Shown: positions 36,939-45,971, counted from the first letter of the stretch. The stretch is DNA of 64,000 bases from Thermoplasmata archaeon (GCA_022750155.1 JAKIWG010000001.1:81138-145137); one strand, 5' to 3'. The notes: generated from the sequence alone by a model not told the origin. Made by a program: numbers and translations.

Positions 36939-39081
36939 CAGACTGGGCCTTGTCGAACTTCGACGAGGCGGGTCCCGCCTTGACAGCGACCTGCATGGCG
37001 ATCGGCTTGTTCTTCATCATGACGCGGGTGACGCCGGCCATGATCAGGCCCGCCGCGCTCGACTGGATGGAGACGTTGCCCGTGACGGACTGGGTGAACA
37101 GCCCGATCACGTTCGGGATCGACGTCAGCGTCGCGGGCGTCGCGATCGGCAGGGCGGTCGCCGGGGGCGGGGGGGGCGGCGGGGGCAGGAGCGTGGGCGG
37201 ACTCGTGGGGGTCGTCACGACCCACACCTGGCTCAGCGGGAAGGACTGGGTGACGATCGCGGTGCTCACCGGAAGTTCGTAGTTGGCCCAGGTGTAGACC
37301 CCGTCGACGGAGGCCGAGCCGGCGGCCTTGCAGATCACCGACACGCACGCATCTACCGGGACCTGACCGTACGGGGGTCCGGTGGCGACGACGTTGAAGG
37401 ACGCCGTCCACAGGTCCCCGGCGAACACCTTGTTCTCCGAGGCGACGGTGCTCCAGTTCCAGCCGTAGAACGTGTGGCCGCCCAGATGGATGATGGTCGG
37501 GGATTCCTGGCAATGGGGGGCGAAGCCGGAGGGGACTTGGCAGGCGACCTGGATCTGGGGAGACGGGGCGAGGGCGATGCTCGAGGCGGGCGCGAAGACG
37601 AACATCGGCTTGGCGGTCCCGTTCGCGATGAGTTGGCTGGTGACCGGGCCGAATCCGATGTTCGACATGGCCGCGAAGAGCGTCGGGTTCCCCGTGTTCG
37701 GGTGGTTGACCGGCCCGTGGGCTACGTACTGAAGGTCGCCGGACTGCCCGTCGGAGCAGGTGAAGAACGATGGCCCGTCCCACGTGCCGCCCGTGGCGGC
37801 GGCGATGTCGCAACCGGCCGTGAGGATCTTGTCGGCGTCGTTGACGACCGTGGCGCTCCCCGGACCATAGGCGACGCCCGCGGGGTTCGTTCTCTCCCAC
37901 CCGGAGGAGTACGGGTCGGTCGGCGTGTCCCAGAGGTCGAGGACGTCGATGGTGCACGTGCCGCCGATCGAGTCGGTGCACGAGGGGGCGTTACGGGCCA
38001 GGGCGGCGATCGAGTCGTTGGGGTTCCCGTCCTGCGGGTGGATCCAGCCCTCACAGCTCGGGCTGCGGGCGCCGCTCGAGAACTGGTAGGAAGGCTCGCA
38101 GGTGGGGGGGACGCAGTTCCACTCCGAGTCGAAGAACAGCCCCGAGGGGCTGGCGCAGTAGTTCTGGCTGTACGACGGGTCCCGCGGGGAGGTCGAACCC
38201 ATCCAGACCACGACGTGATGGGTGTTGGGCGACCAGCCGAGACCGCTCCCGACGAGCGCCCCATAGAGCGCGGAGATCGAGGAGGAGTGCAGGAAATTGT
38301 CCCCGAGGTCGACGTCGTGCTCGGTCCACCCTCCGGACAGGACGTTGTCCTGGAACTCCTGGGTCACGAGCCCCCCGAGGTCGGAACTCGGTACGAATTG
38401 GGAAATGTCGACATGGTACTGGGTCGAGTCACAGTCGTCCCAGTTGTCGCACGTGCCGAGGTAGTCGACCATGGCGAACGTGACGACGGTGTGGGGGTTG
38501 AGGTTCTGGATCTCTCCGGCCACCTGCCCCGCGTGCGCCACGAAGAACGGTACCCCGTTCGACTCCTCGCACGGGACGCCATTGGTCTGCGCCGCGCACT
38601 CGTCGTAGCCGCCTACGGGCCACTTCTCGAGGCCGTTCCCGTCCCCGTAAGGGTCCCAGACCCCGTCGTACGGGCTCGTTTCGACGACGAACACGATCTG
38701 GACCGCCGGCCACGTGAGCGGGCCCGGGGTGCCGGTGGCGGTGAGAGTGACCCGGCTCGTGCCCACCCCCGCAGAGCATGCGGAGGAACCGAGTACGCAG
38801 ATCTTCGCGGGAGCGGTCGCGATCCCGAGCTGGAGGCTCGCGACGGGCGAAGGGGTGGGAGTGACGAAGGTAGGCGCGGGAGCGGCAGGGTGCGATGACG
38901 CCGTGGCCACCGCGAGGGGCGCGTGGCCGGCACTGGAAGGGCCTGCGTGGGTAAACGCCCAGCCACCTAGCACGGTCAGCGTGACGGCGATCCCGATGAG
39001 ACCAAACCCGGACCGGCGGACAAAGCGACCCCGACGCCAGTGGAAAGCGGTACGCGAGGAAAGGCCGCCGGCGTCGGACAT
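36907..39081 (-). CDS. Cys-rich secreted/anchored protein with a possible degenerate vWA-like domain and a poly-Pro linker
   Basis: ATG 39081. N-terminal TM segment FGLIGIAVTLTVLGGWAF. IVFVVETSPYDG ... TFAMVDY ... HVVVWMGSTSPRD resembles vWA strand order. 18 Cys by hand count, plus a PPPPPPPPP tract. Confidence 0.7.
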   Translation of the reverse strand: MSDAGGLSSRTAFHWRRGRFVRRSGFGLIGIAVTLTVLGGWAFTHAGPSSAGHAPLAVATASSHPAAPAPTFVTPTPSPVASLQLGIATAPAKICVLGSSACSAGVGTSRVTLTATGTPGPLTWPAVQIVFVVETSPYDGVWDPYGDGNGLEKWPVGGYDECAAQTNGVPCEESNGVPFFVAHAGQVAGEIQNLNPHTVVTFAMVDYLGTCDNWDDCDSTQYHVDISQFVPSSDLGGLVTQEFQDNVLSGGWTEHDVDLGDNFLHSSSISALYGALVGSGLGWSPNTHHVVVWMGSTSPRDPSYSQNYCASPSGLFFDSEWNCVPPTCEPSYQFSSGARSPSCEGWIHPQDGNPNDSIAALARNAPSCTDSIGGTCTIDVLDLWDTPTDPYSSGWERTNPAGVAYGPGSATVVNDADKILTAGCDIAAATGGTWDGPSFFTCSDGQSGDLQYVAHGPVNHPNTGNPTLFAAMSNIGFGPVTSQLIANGTAKPMFVFAPASSIALAPSPQIQVACQVPSGFAPHCQESPTIIHLGGHTFYGWNWSTVASENKVFAGDLWTASFNVVATGPPYGQVPVDACVSVICKAAGSASVDGVYTWANYELPVSTAIVTQSFPLSQVWVVTTPTSPPTLLPPPPPPPPATALPIATPATLTSIPNVIGLFTQSVTGNVSIQSSAAGLIMAGVTRVMMKNKPIAMQVAVKAGPASSKFDKAQSDGGSSVGHFE

Positions 39082-39229
39082 TGCTGCTTCCGTCGCTCCG
39101 GGCGCGAACCCGGGGGCTTCCGGGAGGACGGCGACCCTCCCTTTAGAGGCGTCGCATCGATAGTTGGGGCTTGAGACAGGGTCTCGCGCGCTCCTCCGTA
39201 CCGGTTTCCCGTCGCGCGGCCGCATAGGC

Positions 39230-40228
39230 CTATCCGGGCGGAGGCGGAGGAGGGGGCGGTGGTTCGGGTGGAACGGAAGGGATAGGGATCGGGAACATCG
39301 GGGGGTTCAACGCGGTGGGTTCACCCATTCGGCCGGTCGCCAGGAACGAGTAGGGGTCGTCGGGCGCGAAGCGCGGAGCCGCCCCCGCCGGGATTGCGGG
39401 CGGCGCCTCTCGGGAGAGGAGCGCGTAGACGAGCGCCACCAGGCCCCCTATGAGGATCAGACCCCATTGCAGCGCGTTCGCCACCTCGGGGTTGAGCAGG
39501 GTCAGGAACGCGGTGGCGTCGTGGGCTCCGTGAAGGAGCGCCGGCACGACGAGGTTCCCACCGGAGTACCGCACGATGCACGCGAAGGCGAGGCCGAGGA
39601 GGAACAGCTCGGAGTATGGGATGGGAGAGACGGGTCCGTACGTGATCCCGTAGTACGCGTGAACGCCGGCGAACATCGCGCTCGTCCAGACGGCGTGAAC
39701 CTCCCAGGAGCGAGTCCCTTTTGCGAGCCAGTAGCCGAAGACCCATCCCCGGAAGATGACTTCCTCGACGAGCCCGATCACGAACGAGAACGCCACCCAG
39801 AACCACGGGTCGGACGCCGCCGACTGCAGCGCAGGATTCGGCCGCTCCAGGAATCGGATCGCCCCCGGATCCAGGACCTGGTAGATCACGGCGAGGGCGA
39901 GGACGACCCCGAGCGAGAGGATCGAGAGGGCACCGTACCAGCGCAGCCCCTGCACGAGGGCGGGGACCGGGTGGGCGAAGGCACGACGCAGCGGTCCGAA
40001 CCCCACGAGCCCGAGGAAGGAGGCGATCGGGACGCCGTAGACGACGAGCAGGTCCCCGAGCGCGTCGCGGTAGACCGGGCGCAGCGCCGGGATCAGCTGC
40101 GGGAGAAAGTACTGGCTCAGTATGGCGAAGACCGTGAGCGCGACCGCTGCCACGTAGCGCTCCAGTCCTCCGAGCGCCGTGCCGTAGCCGCCCTCCGGGC
40201 TCGGGGTCTCGAGCTGGGAGACCTCCAC
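39230..40228 (-). CDS. CPBP-family (CAAX/Abi) intramembrane metalloprotease
   Basis: Motifs LVEEVIFRG (EExxxR), MFAGVH (FxxxH) and HGAHDA (HxxxD/N) in the correct order on a polytopic protein. GTG 40228 is a tentative start. The C-terminus ends in a poly-Pro run. Confidence 0.8.
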   Translation of the reverse strand: MEVSQLETPSPEGGYGTALGGLERYVAAVALTVFAILSQYFLPQLIPALRPVYRDALGDLLVVYGVPIASFLGLVGFGPLRRAFAHPVPALVQGLRWYGALSILSLGVVLALAVIYQVLDPGAIRFLERPNPALQSAASDPWFWVAFSFVIGLVEEVIFRGWVFGYWLAKGTRSWEVHAVWTSAMFAGVHAYYGITYGPVSPIPYSELFLLGLAFACIVRYSGGNLVVPALLHGAHDATAFLTLLNPEVANALQWGLILIGGLVALVYALLSREAPPAIPAGAAPRFAPDDPYSFLATGRMGEPTALNPPMFPIPIPSVPPEPPPPPPPPPG

Positions 40229-40259
40229 CGCCGGCGGACCGCCCGACCGTACATATGGG

Positions 40260-42116
40260 TTGGGCGAATGGAGGGGCCGAGGCGCATTGGAGATCGCGGT
40301 CCTGCTGAAGGTCGTCCCGGCGACGGACGCGATGCGCTTCGATCCGGTCCTACGGGCCGCAATTCGCGAGGGGGTCCCGTTGTTCCCGAACCCGTTCGAC
40401 CAGCGGGCGCTACGGGTCGCGCTCGAGATGCGGCGACCCGGGGAGTCGGTCACCGTGCTCTCCATGGGACCCCCGTCGACGGAGCCTGCGCTGCGCGAGT
40501 CCCTCGAGCTGGGCGCCGACCGCGTCGTGCTGATCACCGACCCGAGGCTCGCCGGATCCGACACCCTCGCGAGCGCTCGCGCGCTCGTGCGCGGTCTCGG
40601 GAGGACGGGCCACTCGCTGGTACTCACGGGACGCTCGAGCACCGATTCCGACACCGGACAGCTCCCCGCGGAGGTCGCCGGACTGTTGGGGGTCCCCATC
40701 GTCTCCTCCGCACTCCGCATCCTGCGCGACGTGGACGGGGACGGGCTCGAGGTGGTCGGGGAGACCGATCAGGGTTCGGCGCGCTTTTGCGTGGAGCCCC
40801 CCGTGGTCGTGAGCGTCGGGGAGAAGATCGCCAAGCCGCTCCGGCCCACCCCCGAACAGGTGGACGCCGGACGGATGCGGGCAGTGGAGCGCTGGTCCCT
40901 CTCGGACATCGGCCTCGACCCACGGAGCGTCGGGTTCGAGGGGTCGCCTACGAGCGTCCTCTCGCTCGCGAGCCCCGCCCCCACGCGGCGCGGGGTGGTC
41001 TTCGACACCGGTTCCGTCGACGAGCGGGTCGCCTCCGCTCTCCGCGAGCTCCCCGAAGCGGCGTGGGGGAGCGCGGCGTCCGCCCCGATCCGGGCGTTGG
41101 CTGCCGATGGCCGGCCGCTCGACCAACACGAGATGTGCGTCCTGGTCACGGGAGCGGACGGGCACCTCGAGCCCTCGGCCCTGCCCCTGGCCTCGGGACT
41201 CTCCGCCTCCGTCTCCCCCGGTTGGTCGTCGGCGATATGGGTCGGGGCTCCCCCGACGACCGGCGAACTCGCGATGCTGGAAGGAGCCGGGCTCCTTCGG
41301 GGATACCAGATACTTCTCGACCCAGCACGTCTCGACTCGCGTTCGGTGGCCCTGGCCGTCCAGCGGGTCCTCGAGGAGCGCGAGGCGGCGGCCGCGGGGG
41401 CCTTCCTATCGAGCACGTTCGGACGGGAGGTCGCTGGCCAGGTGGCGGCCCGGGTGGGTCTCGGCCTCATCGGGGATGCGGTCGGAGTGGAGCGGAACCC
41501 TGCCGGCGAGCTCCTCTGGTCGAAGCCGGCCTTCGGCGGCGGGGCCGTCGCGACGATCCGATCGAGGACCCGACCGAGCCTCGCCACGATCCGGGACGGT
41601 GTGTTTCCGAACGCCGCGGGCGGAGGCCCACCGGGAGCGCTTTCGTGGGAGGAACTCCCGTTCGACCCGCCGGGGTCGTCGCTGCAACTTCTCGAGCGGA
41701 CGAGCGAGGCCGACCCGGAGTTCGGTGACCTGTCGAGGTCCTCGACGGTCGTCTGCGTGGGGCGAGGGATCGGCGGTCCGGAAGAGATCGGCGCGCTGCG
41801 ACCCTGGCTGACCCAGATCGGCGCCGCCCTCGCGGCCACGAGAAAGGTCGTCGATGCCGGCTGGGTGCGACGCCACCGTCAGGCCGGGCTCACCGGGCGG
41901 ACGCTGGCGCCGGCCCTGGTCATCCTCCTCGGGGTCCACGGGGCGCCCAACCAGATGGTCGCCTGGCGTCGCGCCGGGGCGATCCTCGCCGTCGATCCCG
42001 ACCGGAACGCGCCCGTGTTCCGGCAGGCGGACGTAGGGGTTGTCGGGACCTGGCAGGAGGTCCTGCCGGTCCTGAGAGCGAAGCTCACTCTTCTTCGGGC
42101 ACGGGTACCGGGGTGA
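40260..42116 (+). CDS. fused electron-transfer flavoprotein, beta-subunit domain followed by alpha-subunit domain (EtfB-EtfA)
   Basis: N-terminal half: IAVLLKVVP..., TGRSSTDSDTGQLPAEVAGLLGVP (EtfB). C-terminal half: VVCVGRGIGGPEE ..., ATRKVVDAGW ..., QAGLTGRTLAPALVILLGVHGAPNQ ..., ILAVDPDRNAPVF (EtfA FAD domain). Single uninterrupted 618-aa frame. Confidence 0.8.
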   Translation: MGEWRGRGALEIAVLLKVVPATDAMRFDPVLRAAIREGVPLFPNPFDQRALRVALEMRRPGESVTVLSMGPPSTEPALRESLELGADRVVLITDPRLAGSDTLASARALVRGLGRTGHSLVLTGRSSTDSDTGQLPAEVAGLLGVPIVSSALRILRDVDGDGLEVVGETDQGSARFCVEPPVVVSVGEKIAKPLRPTPEQVDAGRMRAVERWSLSDIGLDPRSVGFEGSPTSVLSLASPAPTRRGVVFDTGSVDERVASALRELPEAAWGSAASAPIRALAADGRPLDQHEMCVLVTGADGHLEPSALPLASGLSASVSPGWSSAIWVGAPPTTGELAMLEGAGLLRGYQILLDPARLDSRSVALAVQRVLEEREAAAAGAFLSSTFGREVAGQVAARVGLGLIGDAVGVERNPAGELLWSKPAFGGGAVATIRSRTRPSLATIRDGVFPNAAGGGPPGALSWEELPFDPPGSSLQLLERTSEADPEFGDLSRSSTVVCVGRGIGGPEEIGALRPWLTQIGAALAATRKVVDAGWVRRHRQAGLTGRTLAPALVILLGVHGAPNQMVAWRRAGAILAVDPDRNAPVFRQADVGVVGTWQEVLPVLRAKLTLLRARVPG

Positions 42117-42327
42117 TCCCCAGGGTCCGCTCGGCCGCGGAGAGGCACGCGAGCAGGTCCTCGAGGGTCGCCCGGGCCTGACGGGGCTCCTCCGACCTCA
42201 CCGCGAACCGCAACTCCGAGCCGTCCCGCTCGGCGTGCACGTACCCGGCCTGGTCCGCCTCGAGCGCCCGGAGGAGCCGTTCGGCCACCTCCTCGGAGGC
42301 GTACCTCCGCCGGAGCCGCACGCTCAC
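42085..42327 (-). CDS. pcc1: KEOPS complex subunit Pcc1-like
   Basis: 80-aa product. The pattern YASEEVAERLLRAL ... GSELRFAVRSEEPRQARATLEDLLACLSAAE is collinear with archaeal Pcc1 as I recall it. GTG 42327 overlaps the upstream stop. Confidence 0.6.
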   Translation of the reverse strand: MSVRLRRRYASEEVAERLLRALEADQAGYVHAERDGSELRFAVRSEEPRQARATLEDLLACLSAAERTLGITPVPVPEEE

Positions 42328-43364
42328 GGCGGGGTCGACCGATGCTCCGTGCGTTTCTTCCCGCCCCCCGATGGGCTTCCCCCTCCGGGGAGCGACCCAG
42401 GACCCTTCGAGAGTGCGCCGGGGATCATCGGGGCCGTACCGGTACGGCGCGTCGACTCCGCCTGGGCGCGTTCCTCGAGATAGCGGAGGACCGACGGCCA
42501 GACCGTGCCGTCGGTGCGGGCCTTGTTCTCGAAATTGTGTTCGTTCAGGAACTTGGCGAACGCCGCCTCCGTGGGGGGATCCCAGCTCGCTGTCGGACGA
42601 CCGGAGTAGAACCCCAACAGCTCCAGGTGGTGCTGGAGCAAGCGCGCGACGTCCCCCTCCACCTTGACGAGCGTCGCCGGGTCCTCCCGGCTCAGCATCG
42701 TCAGGTCGTAGAGCCGGAAGACCCGCTTGAGCTCCTCGATCGGGGCCGGATGGTCGTCGACCCGGACATCGACCCACCGGTCGCTCCCCTCGTCGTACCC
42801 CCCCCGTTCCCGCACGATGAGGAGCGCGGCCGATTGCATCCCGCGCCGGTCCCCGCCCTCCCTCTGGGCGGCCGAGAGGGCGGCGAGCAGCCGCTCCGGA
42901 AGATCCCCCGGCGTCGACTCGTACGCGCGCGCCATGGCGCTCACGACCCTCGGTCCGAACAGGATGTTCCCCTGGCAGGCGAACCCGTCCCCCGTCTCGT
43001 GACCGGCCCACTCCATGCACTCCTTGCCGGTGAACGACGCCGACCCCCCCCGGGCGTCGACCACGCCCAACTGCCGGTGGTCGCGTTTCGCGTCGGCCTG
43101 GGTGAGGGTCCGCACGACCTCCTCGGCGGAGCGCCCCTTCTGGAGGAGCGCCAGCCCGTCCGGCCCGTAGGCGACGTTCGCGAACGCCTGGGTCGCGATC
43201 GCCCCTACCCCGGCGCGGCCCCACGGGACGACGGCGCCGACGGAGATGAACTTCGACTGGACCGCGACGCCCCACTCGGCGCGCTCCCGGTCGTGGGCGA
43301 CGATCGAGAAGGTACCGAAGCGGGGCGGCGAATCCATCGCCCGCTCCCACGCCGGTGCCGCCAT
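42324..43364 (-). CDS. DUF1028-family (Ntn-hydrolase fold) protein with a C-terminal PG-binding-like helical domain
   Basis: TFSIVA near the N-terminus, GAIATQAFAN, FACQGNIL, RGMQSAALLIV. C-terminal LLGFYSGRPTASWDPPTEAAFAKFL resembles PG_binding repeats. Confidence 0.8.
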   Translation of the reverse strand: MAAPAWERAMDSPPRFGTFSIVAHDRERAEWGVAVQSKFISVGAVVPWGRAGVGAIATQAFANVAYGPDGLALLQKGRSAEEVVRTLTQADAKRDHRQLGVVDARGGSASFTGKECMEWAGHETGDGFACQGNILFGPRVVSAMARAYESTPGDLPERLLAALSAAQREGGDRRGMQSAALLIVRERGGYDEGSDRWVDVRVDDHPAPIEELKRVFRLYDLTMLSREDPATLVKVEGDVARLLQHHLELLGFYSGRPTASWDPPTEAAFAKFLNEHNFENKARTDGTVWPSVLRYLEERAQAESTRRTGTAPMIPGALSKGPGSLPGGGSPSGGGKKRTEHRSTPP

Positions 43365-43912
43365 TAAACCTCGCGGGGAGGGGAGCCCGTCTGTTCCAAC
43401 GCCTCGAGCGCGGTGTGGACCTGGTCGACCAGGCGACGCGCACGCCCGCGATCGCCGGCCCGGTACGCGGCCTCCGCCTCATGGAGGGCGGGCAGGAGAG
43501 GCTGAACGTCGTACCCGTCGGAGCGTCGGACCTCCCAGAGCCGCTCGACGATCAGCATCCGGTTGGCGAGCGGTTCCTCTTCGCGGGGCGGAGGGGAGCC
43601 CCGCGCTCCCCGGGGGACGTAGCCCACGAGTCCCCGAGGGAACTCGGTCAGCTCGGTCTCCTCCCCGAGCCGGTCCAGCTGGGCGTCGGCGTCAAGCAGC
43701 GCGCGTTCGGCATCCGGGAGTGCCCCACGTTCGAGGGCCTTCTCCGCCGTCGCGAGGCGCTCGGCCACCGAGGCCCGTATCGGTTCCGGGATCCCCCCGG
43801 CGGCGAGGCGGTGGCGGACCCCGCTCAGGTACCCGTGGAGCGCGTCCTCGGTGAGCGGACCGCCCGAGGGCGGTTCGTCCGATGGCGCCGATGGATTACG
43901 CCGGGTCGGCAC
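43364..43912 (-). CDS. hypothetical helical protein
   Basis: Open frame ending in TAATG overlap with the DUF1028 ATG. GTG 43912 is the first plausible start. Charged helical sequence, no motif recognised. Confidence 0.4.
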   Translation of the reverse strand: MPTRRNPSAPSDEPPSGGPLTEDALHGYLSGVRHRLAAGGIPEPIRASVAERLATAEKALERGALPDAERALLDADAQLDRLGEETELTEFPRGLVGYVPRGARGSPPPREEEPLANRMLIVERLWEVRRSDGYDVQPLLPALHEAEAAYRAGDRGRARRLVDQVHTALEALEQTGSPPREV

Positions 43913-44537
43913 CGGCTTCGGCCTGGGCCGGCGCGGCCGCCGGACGCGCGGTAGCGGGGACGGTCGGGCCGGGGACCCGCTCGTGCACCGCCGTCCAGAG
44001 GCGGTCGATCGGGGTCCAGAACGACGGGCCCGGGCCCTCGGCGACGAACGCGCTGGCCGCGGCGTCCACATCGCCCTGAAGGTCGTCGAGCGCGACGGAG
44101 TGGGTCCTTGCCCAGTCGAGCGTGGCGCGGGCCAGCGCGAGCTGGAGCTCGGCGAAGTGGCGGAGCTGCTTCGCCTCGCGGTCGGGCGGGGCGAGGGCGT
44201 TGTCCGGGTTCCAACTCGGGGGCATCGGGGCGGGGATCGCCACGCGCAGCTCGCGGAACGGGGAGGGCATCGTCGGCCACCGCGGCTCGGCGAATCGGAC
44301 TGAAAGCTGGTCGAGGGCGGTGATCGCGTTCGGGTAATCCCCCTCGGAGTATTTCGTCTCGGCCCGCAGGAAGGGTCCGGTCAGGTCCGGGGAGAGGTTC
44401 TTCTTCCACAGGTCGAGCTGGAGGGCGACCCTCGCCGGCGCGAGCCGTCGAAGGACCGCGCGTCCCGGGTCGTCCTTCGGGGGGGCCGGGGCCGGGGCGG
44501 CGTCGACCTCGGGGGGTCGGTTCGGGGCGCCGGGCAT
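43896..44537 (-). CDS. hypothetical protein
   Basis: ATG 44537 preceded by GGAGG about 9 nt upstream and 14 nt after the GGR stop. 213 aa with non-repetitive, coding-like composition. No motif recognised. Confidence 0.6.
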   Translation of the reverse strand: MPGAPNRPPEVDAAPAPAPPKDDPGRAVLRRLAPARVALQLDLWKKNLSPDLTGPFLRAETKYSEGDYPNAITALDQLSVRFAEPRWPTMPSPFRELRVAIPAPMPPSWNPDNALAPPDREAKQLRHFAELQLALARATLDWARTHSVALDDLQGDVDAAASAFVAEGPGPSFWTPIDRLWTAVHERVPGPTVPATARPAAAPAQAEAGADPA

Positions 44538-44551
44538 CGTTCGGCCGCCTC

Positions 44552-45745
44552 CTAGATGAACGCCTCGAATTCCTTCGTGATGTCCGGGTACTTGTCACGA
44601 ACGGCCTTCAAGATGTTGTGGACCGTGAGCTTCTCGAGCTTGACGCCCTGGAGCGCGTCGATGACCTTGTCGAACGTCTCGTCGGAGAGCGAGCAGAGCT
44701 TCTCCTTCGCGAGCCAGTTCCGGTAGAGCTTCTCCTCGAGCCGGGCGCGCCAGCGCCGCTCGTACTCCTGGAAGAACTCCTTCGTGGGGGTCCCGGCCGC
44801 GGCCGCCTTGGAGGCGACCTCCCCGCAGATCTTGCCGGCGATGCACCCGTTGGCGATCCCCCCGCCCGTGAGGGGGTCGATCATCCGGGCCGCGTCCCCG
44901 ACGAGCATGAACCCGTCGGTGACGGTCTGCTTGAGCGGGGGGGAGATGGAGACCCCACCCCCGACGACGTCGATCTTCTTGCCCTTGGAGTAGCCCGGGT
45001 GCTTCTCGATCCAGGCGTCGAGGTACTTGCGCGCCTCGGCCATCCCGCGGATCTGGGAGAGCTGCACGCCGATCCCGACGTTCGCCAGCCCGTCGGCCTT
45101 CGGGAAGATCCATACGTAGCCGCCCGGGGCGACCTTGCCCAGGTAGAAGTCGCAATATCGCACGTCGCAGTCGACGTTCGTCATCCGGTACTGCAGGCAC
45201 GAGTCCATGTCCCGGAGGGCCAGGTTCGTGGGGATGCCGGCCCATCGGCCGATCTGCGACTCGAACCCGTCCGCCCCGATCGTGACCGGGGCGCGGATCT
45301 CGAACGGCTCCCCGAACTGCTTCGCGCGGACCCCGACGATCTTCCCGTTCTCCTTCAGGACGCCGGTCGCCGCGGTCTTGAGCAGGATCTCGGCCCCGGC
45401 GTTGCCCGCGTCGATCGCGAGCTGCTTGTCGAAGGCGTCCCGCTCGACGACGTAGCCGACCTCGTTGCCGGCGTGGCGCTCGTTGATCTCGAGCACCTTT
45501 TCCGACGGGGAGAAGATCCGGGCCCCCTCGACCTCGACGTTGATCCAGCGCGTGGAGGGCTTGATCTCGACCTCGTTGAGCCAGTCCTTGCTCATCCCCT
45601 CGCCGCACCGTACGGGGCTGCCGATCTCCTGGCGCTTCTCGATCATGAGCACCTTGGCCCCGTGCTTGGCGGCCCACTTGGCCGTCATCGCCCCGGCCGG
45701 TCCGGCGCCCACCACGAGCACGTCGGTCTTCAGGTCCTGAACCAT
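44552..45745 (-). CDS. digeranylgeranylglycerophospholipid (geranylgeranyl) reductase
   Basis: FAD motif DVLVVGAGPAGA, EIGSPVRCGEG, GADGFES, VGDAARMIDPLTGGGI. Near-collinear with the Thermoplasma GGR as I recall it, including the C-terminal KYPDITKEFEAFI. Confidence 0.92.
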   Translation of the reverse strand: MVQDLKTDVLVVGAGPAGAMTAKWAAKHGAKVLMIEKRQEIGSPVRCGEGMSKDWLNEVEIKPSTRWINVEVEGARIFSPSEKVLEINERHAGNEVGYVVERDAFDKQLAIDAGNAGAEILLKTAATGVLKENGKIVGVRAKQFGEPFEIRAPVTIGADGFESQIGRWAGIPTNLALRDMDSCLQYRMTNVDCDVRYCDFYLGKVAPGGYVWIFPKADGLANVGIGVQLSQIRGMAEARKYLDAWIEKHPGYSKGKKIDVVGGGVSISPPLKQTVTDGFMLVGDAARMIDPLTGGGIANGCIAGKICGEVASKAAAAGTPTKEFFQEYERRWRARLEEKLYRNWLAKEKLCSLSDETFDKVIDALQGVKLEKLTVHNILKAVRDKYPDITKEFEAFI

Positions 45746-45779
45746 CGGTGTTCCCCCCGTGATCCGCGTGGACGGCGGC

Positions 45780-45971
45780 TCAGCCGATCTCGATGGCGCC
45801 GACCGGGCAGGCCTTCACGCAGATCTCGCAGCGGGTGCAGATGCGCTCGTCGAAGGTGATGCGCGTCTCGTCGAGATAGACGCAGTTGAGCGGGCAGACG
45901 CCGACGCAGGCGCCGCAGTACACGCAGAGCTGTCCGCTTGATTCGATGTGGAGGCTCTTCTTGTTCGGCAC
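45780..45971 (-). CDS. 2x[4Fe-4S] ferredoxin
   Basis: 63 aa with CVYCGACVGVCP and CTRCEICVKACP cluster motifs, 34 nt upstream of GGR. Confidence 0.85.
   Translation of the reverse strand: MPNKKSLHIESSGQLCVYCGACVGVCPLNCVYLDETRITFDERICTRCEICVKACPVGAIEIG

Noticed and set aside
33516-38898. Giant ORFs 33516..36818 (+, 1100 aa), 34090..36798 (-, 902 aa) and 36625..38898 (+, 757 aa)
   Set aside because: They overlap the YVTN/FN3 and Cys-rich surface-protein genes, whose frames show real domain repeats. The alternative frames translate to monotonous R/G/D/P-rich sequence with no motifs.
39164-41728. ORF 39164..41728 (+, 854 aa), and similar ORFs 19311..20993, 22349..23848, 23352..25331, 28849..31257 and 49617..51278
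   Set aside because: Same reasoning. Each is antisense or frame-shifted relative to a gene with clear family motifs (CPBP, EtfBA, DUF4129, DUF58, MoxR, SerA, IleRS, GDE-like) and is compositionally Arg/Pro/Gly-biased.
43896-44071. Programmed frameshift joining the two unknown ORFs downstream of GGR
   Set aside because: No slippery heptamer or pausing structure is evident. In this GC-rich DNA two frames are often open by chance, and a GTG at 43912 gives a simple two-gene model. It is flagged only as something to check at read level.
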